A DNA stretch of 64,000 nucleotides from an uncultured Acidobacteriota bacterium (lineage in GTDB: Bacteria; Acidobacteriota; UBA6911): assembly GCA_963809485.1 (NCBI GenBank), contig CAWEJX010000007.1, positions 192,001-256,000 on the forward strand, written 5' to 3'. Of this stretch, positions 58,821 through 64,000 are shown one piece after another. The position numbers and the translations under genes are program-made. Numbering within the stretch: the stretch's first letter is position 1; each line of letters opens with the position of its first letter. Below the pieces are notes generated by a model. The model worked only from the letters and a program-made list of their open reading frames with translations, was not told the DNA's origin and made no database searches.

Positions 58821-59438
58821 TTGTGGAACCAACCATATCCGGATGATGACCGCAAGTTGATCGCCCGATGCCAGGCAGGAGATTCACTGGCTTTCGAGGA
58901 ACTGGTCGCGAAGTATCAGCAAACGGTTCTGAATCTTGTTTATCACTATATCGGCCCCCGCGGCGAAATCGAGGATGCAGCGCAGAAAATCCTCGTCAAA
59001 GTATATTTCTCCCTTCCAAAGTTCGACAACAAGCGGCCTTTTTTCCCGTGGCTGTACCGCATTGCGATTAACCAGTGTTACGACGAAATCAGGAGGGCCA
59101 GACGCCATAAAACCCACACATTCACGGAGCTGGACCTTGAAGACCCGGAAAGCATAGAGAGGCTGATCCGTCAAGCCGAGTCCCCGCACCATTCGGATGA
59201 AAACCGCCAGGAAATGCAGGCCCTTCTGCATCGGATGCTGGACCAGTTGCCGGATCAGCAGCGAACGGCTATCGTGCTGCGCGATATCGAGACGGTCCCC
59301 TACTCCCAGGTAGCCGCAATACTGAAGTGCACGGAACAGGCCGCCAGGCTGAAGGTTTTCCGGGCGCGGGCGCGGCTGAAGAAACTGGTGGAAAAAGCCC
59401 TGCAAGCCAAAGATCCGCCGCCCAATGCATCCCGGTAA
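58821..59438 (+). CDS. ECF sigma-70 factor
   Basis: D..LI..CQ.GD..AF..LV..Y; F..WLYRIA.N...D; LP..QR..IVLR; Y..VA.IL; RAR..L. Confidence 0.92.
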   Translation: MWNQPYPDDDRKLIARCQAGDSLAFEELVAKYQQTVLNLVYHYIGPRGEIEDAAQKILVKVYFSLPKFDNKRPFFPWLYRIAINQCYDEIRRARRHKTHTFTELDLEDPESIERLIRQAESPHHSDENRQEMQALLHRMLDQLPDQQRTAIVLRDIETVPYSQVAAILKCTEQAARLKVFRARARLKKLVEKALQAKDPPPNASR

Positions 59439-60241
59439 CGCTGACTTACGCTGATAAAAACCCGACGTACGCTGACCTTGAAAAATTTATATGTGTTTTT
59501 TCAGCGTTGGTCAGCCTATGTCGGCGCAAGTCAGCGTTTATTTCCGGAACGGTAACGCTGACTTACGCTGACAAAAACCTGACGTACGCTGACCTTGAAA
59601 AATTTATATGTGTTTTTTCAGCGTTGGTCAGCTGATGTCGGCGCAAGTCAGCGTTTATTTCCGGCACCGGTAACGCTGACTTACGCTGACAAAAACCCGA
59701 CGTACGCCGACCTTGAAAAATTTATATGTGTTTTTTCAGCGTTGGTCAGCCTATGTCGGCGCAAGTCAGCGTTTATTTCCGGAACGGTAACGCTGACTTA
59801 CGCTGACAAAAACCTGACGTACGCTGACCTTGAAAAATTTATATGTGTTTTTTCAGCGTTGGTCAGCTGATGTCGGCGCAAGTCAGCGTTTATTTCCGGC
59901 ACGGTAACGCTGACTTACGCTGACAAAAACCCGACGTACGCCGAACTTGAAAAATTTATATGTGTTTTTTCAGCGTTGGTCAGCCCATGTCGGCGCAAGT
60001 CAGCGTTTATTTCCGGCACGGTAACGCTGACTTACGCTGACAAAAACCCGACGTACGCCGAACTTGAAAAACTCATATGTGTTTTTTCAGCGTTGGTCAG
60101 CCTATGTCGGCGTAAGTCAGCGTTTATTTCCGGCCTGGTAACGCTGACTTACGCTGACAAAAACCTGACATACGCCGAACTTGAAAAACTCATATGTGTT
60201 TTTCCAGCGTTGGTCAGCTGATGTCGGCGTAAGTCAGCGTT
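59434..60241. repeat. Tandem array of seven ~117-bp palindromic units
   Basis: Units start at 59434, 59551, 59669, 59786, 59903, 60020 and 60137 (last truncated). Each is AACGCTGACTT...AAGTCAGCGTT with an AT-rich loop. Confidence 0.95.
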
Positions 60242-61526
60242 CAGTGACGTTTTGTAGAGCAGCCCAGAAGCCGGGGAAGCTGACGTCGGCGCACTCCGCA
60301 TCGTGAATGCGCGTCTCTCCCTGGGCTGAAAGCGCCGCAACGGCAAACGCCATCGCGATCCGGTGATCGCCCCGCGTATCTATGTCGGCCCCATGCAGGT
60401 GCCGGCCTCCGCAGATCACGAGGCCGTCCGGCTTTTCCTCGACGCCGGCGCCCATGGCGCGCAGGTTCGTGGCCAGAGCGGAGATCCTGTCGCTTTCCTT
60501 CACGCGCAGCTCCCGGGCATCGGAGATTTCGAGCCCTCCCGCCTGCGCTCCCAGAACGGCCAGCACGGGAATCTCGTCGATAAGGGCCGCCGCCAGGCTG
60601 CCCCGGATCGCGGGAAGCTGGCGCTCCAGAAGGGCCGGGCTGTGCCGGACCCTCAAGTCACCGCGAGGCTCGCCTGCTTCTTCCGTCTCTTTTTCGATCT
60701 CGAGGTTCAGGCCCGCTTCCAGAACATAATCCAGCAACTCACGCCGCCGCCGGTTCAGACCCGCTCCCGGTATACGCAGATCCGATTCCGGGACTATGGC
60801 TGCGGCTGCCAGAAAGAATGCCGCGCCCGAAAGATCGCCGGGGACCGCGAGATGGCGCGCCTTCAGGACAGGTTCCGGATCAACTTCGATCCAATTTCCT
60901 TCGACACGGAGCGTTCCGCCGAACTCTTTCAGCGCAATTTCGGTGTGATCGCGCGTGGGGATGGTCTCCTCCACCGCCGTCGGTTTATCCGCATACAGGC
61001 CCGCCAGGAGCACGCACGATTTCACCTGTGCGCTCGGCACCGGAAGCCGGTAGCGCATTCCCCTCAGAACTCCTCCCCGTATTTTCAGCGGCGGCAGCCC
61101 GCGCTCCCTCGACTCCAGCACTGCGCCCATTTCCCGGAGGGGCTGGATGATTCGCGCCATCGGCCTGCCGGACAGCGACGAATCTCCCGTAATCACGGAT
61201 TCAAAGGGATGGCCGGCGAGAATGCCGGAGAGCAGGCGGATCGTCGTGCCGGAATTGCCCGCATCGAGGACGCGGCCGGGGGCGCGCAAGCCCCGAAGCC
61301 CGCGTCCGCGGATCGTGACCGTTTCGCCGGATTCCCGGACATCGACTCCGAGGGCTCGCAGGCATTCGAGCGTGCTGTGGCAGTCCCGGCTTGCGGCAAA
61401 GTGGTCGATCACCGATGTGCCTTCGGCGATGGCGCCAAGCAGGGCATAGCGGTGCGAAATGGATTTGTCTCCCGGGAGCTGGACTTCTCCGGAAACTGAA
61501 TTCGCTGAGTTGAGCGCCTGGATCAT
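60234..61526 (-). CDS. aroA: EPSP synthase
   Basis: [44 protein letters not shown]. Confidence 0.97.
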   Translation of the reverse strand: MIQALNSANSVSGEVQLPGDKSISHRYALLGAIAEGTSVIDHFAASRDCHSTLECLRALGVDVRESGETVTIRGRGLRGLRAPGRVLDAGNSGTTIRLLSGILAGHPFESVITGDSSLSGRPMARIIQPLREMGAVLESRERGLPPLKIRGGVLRGMRYRLPVPSAQVKSCVLLAGLYADKPTAVEETIPTRDHTEIALKEFGGTLRVEGNWIEVDPEPVLKARHLAVPGDLSGAAFFLAAAAIVPESDLRIPGAGLNRRRRELLDYVLEAGLNLEIEKETEEAGEPRGDLRVRHSPALLERQLPAIRGSLAAALIDEIPVLAVLGAQAGGLEISDARELRVKESDRISALATNLRAMGAGVEEKPDGLVICGGRHLHGADIDTRGDHRIAMAFAVAALSAQGETRIHDAECADVSFPGFWAALQNVTER

Positions 61527-63607
61527 GTGGATGACTCGGTTGGAGCCGTGAATTCCAGAGCCATGTTCTTCAGCTTTTTGACCTGGTCCCGGAGCGCCGC
61601 AGCCTTTTCAAACTCGAATACCTTGGCAGCCTCGCGCATTTCCTTCTCCAGGCGCTTTATCTCAAGCTCCAGTTCTTCGGCGGAGTTGTAATGGGTAGCC
61701 TCTTCCGCAATTTCGGGAAGCTCATAATAGTCGCCCTCGTAGATCCGTATCAGATCCGGGTCGAGGGGCTTGATGATGGACTGAGGGATGATGCCGTTTT
61801 CCTCGTTGTAGCGCTGCTGCGCCGCCCGCCGGCGGTTGGTCTCCTCCATGGCGGATTGCATGGATCCGGTCACCACATCGGCGTACAGGATAGCTTTGCC
61901 GTTGACGTGGCGGGCTGCACGTCCGATGGTTTGTATCAGCGAGGTCGTGGACCTGAGGAATCCTTCCTTGTCGGCATCCAGGATGGCCACGAGCGAGACC
62001 TCAGGCAGATCCAGCCCTTCCCGCAGAAGGTTTATGCCGATCAGGGCATCGAATTCCCCCGCCCGCAGGGCTCTCAGGATCTTGATGCGTTCCAGGGTTT
62101 CCACTTCGGAATGGAGATAGCGCACCCGCAATCCCAGCTCCGTGTAATATTCGGCGAGATCTTCAGCCATGCGCTTGGTCAGGGTCGTGACAAGCACCCG
62201 CTCATTGCATTCCGCCCGGCGGCGTATCTCTTCCATGAGATTGTCGACCTGGCCGGAAACGGGGCGCACCTCGATCTGAGGATCGGTCAAACCGGTCGGC
62301 CGCACAAGTTGCTCTACCACGACACCCGCCGATCTGGTGAGCTCGTATGGACCCGGCGTGGCGGAAACATAAATCACCTGGTTCAGCCGGTTCTCGAATT
62401 CGGCGAAATTTAGCGGCCGGTTATCCATAGCCGAAGGCAGCCGGAAGCCATATTTGACCAAAATCTCCTTCCGGGATCGGTCTCCAAAATACATCCCGCG
62501 CACCTGGGGGATCGTCGCATGGCTCTCGTCCACAAACAGCAGCCAGTCGCGGGGTATGTAGTCGATCAGCGTCGGCGGAGGTTCCCCCGGCTGGCGGCCC
62601 GTCAGGTGGCGCGAATAGTTCTCGATCCCGCGGCAGTAGCCGAGTTCCCGCATCATTTCGAGGTCGAACATAGTGCGCTGGTGAAGCCGGCGCGCTTCCA
62701 GCAGCTTGTTTTCCTGCTCCAGCCTGCCCCGCCATTCCTCCAGCTCTTCCCGGATGCTGTCCATTGCGCTCAGGATCTGCTCCCTGGGCTGGACGTAGTG
62801 GGATTTCGGGTAAATAGGCAGGCGGTCGTGCTTTTTCAGGGTGCGCCCCGTTACCGGGTCGATCTGGGCGATGGACTCGATCTCGTCGCCGAACATCTCG
62901 ATGCGGATGGCATAGTCCTCATAAGATGGAAACACCTCCACGACATCTCCGCGCGCCCGGAAGGAGCCCCTTTCCAGGCCGTAGTCCTGGCGGGAATACT
63001 GCATATCAACCAGGCGGCCCAGGATCGCGTCGCGGCGTATCTTCTGCCCTTTTTCCAGGAAGATCAGCATCCCATAGTACGCTTCCGGCGAGCCGAGCCC
63101 GTAGATGCATGAAACGCTCGCGACGATGATGCAGTCCCGGCGCTCGAAGAGGGAGCGGGTTGCCGAATGGCGCAGCCGGTCGATTTCGTCGTTGATCAGG
63201 GCGTCTTTTTCAATATAGGTGTCCGTGGCGGCGATATAGGCTTCCGGCTGATAGTAGTCGTAGTACGAAACAAAATACTCCACGGCGTTTTCGGGGAAAA
63301 ACGACCTGAACTCCCGGTAAAGCTGTGCGGCGAGCGTCTTGTTGTGGGCAAGGACAAGAGCGGGCCGCTGCAGAGCCTCGATAGTCTTGGCCATGGTGAA
63401 GGTCTTGCCGGATCCCGTAACTCCAAGCAGCACCTGGTGTTTGGCCCCATCCCGGACTCCCTGGACCAGCTGTTCGATGGCCTCGGCCTGGTTGCCGCGA
63501 AGCTCGAAGGGATTGTTGATGTGAAACTGGGACGAATGAATGAGAGCCCTTCCATAGGAGATGTCGGAGTAGGTAAGGTCTTTGTCTGGGGCAGGTTTCC
63601 TTGGCAT
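61523..63607 (-). CDS. uvrB: Excinuclease ABC subunit B
   Basis: [35 protein letters not shown]-terminal UVR coil. Confidence 0.97.
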   Translation of the reverse strand: MPRKPAPDKDLTYSDISYGRALIHSSQFHINNPFELRGNQAEAIEQLVQGVRDGAKHQVLLGVTGSGKTFTMAKTIEALQRPALVLAHNKTLAAQLYREFRSFFPENAVEYFVSYYDYYQPEAYIAATDTYIEKDALINDEIDRLRHSATRSLFERRDCIIVASVSCIYGLGSPEAYYGMLIFLEKGQKIRRDAILGRLVDMQYSRQDYGLERGSFRARGDVVEVFPSYEDYAIRIEMFGDEIESIAQIDPVTGRTLKKHDRLPIYPKSHYVQPREQILSAMDSIREELEEWRGRLEQENKLLEARRLHQRTMFDLEMMRELGYCRGIENYSRHLTGRQPGEPPPTLIDYIPRDWLLFVDESHATIPQVRGMYFGDRSRKEILVKYGFRLPSAMDNRPLNFAEFENRLNQVIYVSATPGPYELTRSAGVVVEQLVRPTGLTDPQIEVRPVSGQVDNLMEEIRRRAECNERVLVTTLTKRMAEDLAEYYTELGLRVRYLHSEVETLERIKILRALRAGEFDALIGINLLREGLDLPEVSLVAILDADKEGFLRSTTSLIQTIGRAARHVNGKAILYADVVTGSMQSAMEETNRRRAAQQRYNEENGIIPQSIIKPLDPDLIRIYEGDYYELPEIAEEATHYNSAEELELEIKRLEKEMREAAKVFEFEKAAALRDQVKKLKNMALEFTAPTESST

Positions 63608-63888
63608 TTGGCTGTTTCGAAAATAATTATTATACCTCTTCCTTCGGGTCTTTGAGTCTTCGAGGTATATTTAGTGGCTCAAGCTTTTACAGGAGACAGG
63701 AATTTACAGGAAAAAAGAGCCGGAAGCCGGGAGTCGGAAGCTGTTTTACGGTCAGGTGCATATATCAGCCGGCCCTGTGGGGGTTTTGGCTGCCGGACAA
63801 ACATCCCTGCACTCAGGCTTCCGGGTTGCGCGGCTTACGAGCAGATGAGGCCGCCGCACGATGCGCGACGAAAAGAGGATATAGGGGA

Positions 63889-64000
63889 TTGAGTGACAAA
63901 AACCATATAAGGAATTTTTCCATCATCGCGCATATCGACCACGGCAAATCGACCCTGGCGGATCGCCTGCTGGAACGGACCGGCGCGCTTACCAAGCGTG
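63889..64000 (+). CDS. lepA: Translation elongation factor 4 (5' part only)
   Basis: TTG start, [31 protein letters not shown]; absent from the ORF track. Confidence 0.9.
   Translation, partial: MSDKNHIRNFSIIAHIDHGKSTLADRLLERTGALTKR

Noticed and set aside
59327-60221. 39-aa repeat proteins (TLTYADKNPTYADLEK...) in the ORF track
   Set aside because: By-product of the 117-bp period. Broken by TGA in units 2, 4 and 7 and by the 118-bp unit; no RBS/start.
59434-60241. CRISPR array
   Set aside because: Units are near-identical over their full length with no unique spacers, and there are no cas genes in the window.

Overview
64-kb bacterial chromosome segment, most likely Acidobacteriota (inferred from the acidobacterial-type VWA protein, membrane-sensor Ser/Thr kinase and Hfq paralogue). 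Left third (1 to about 21.5 kb): a tandem array of integrative islands at the 3' end of tRNA-Ala(GGC) (21402-21477, minus strand), with att copies at 4007-4052 and 10551-10582. The most intact island (about 10.9 kb) is phage-satellite-like: integrase, AlpA, CHC2 Zn-finger, DUF927 helicase, iteron origin and four TA/PIN-type modules. Also present are two decayed inverted IS1-family copies, an IS91-type transposase plus tyrosine recombinase element, an IS110 remnant, and a fossil integrase on the other side of the tRNA. Right two-thirds: housekeeping genes (EF-P-like, YceI, MntP, radical SAMs, sulfurtransferase, Hfq-like, csp, DRG-like GTPase, ilvE, malQ, nrdJ with tandem NrdR boxes, Slt, ECF sigma, aroA, uvrB, lepA start). 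The most unusual signals are non-coding. A family of ACGCTGAC-based palindromes occurs free, as cargo replacing the transposase inside IS200/IS605-type end shells, and as a 7 x 117-bp hairpin tandem array (59434-60241) that supplies the stop codons of both flanking genes. There is also a candidate ECF-sigma-driven ~80-nt sRNA at about 54.6 kb. All calls are by eye from sequence motifs; no database search was run.
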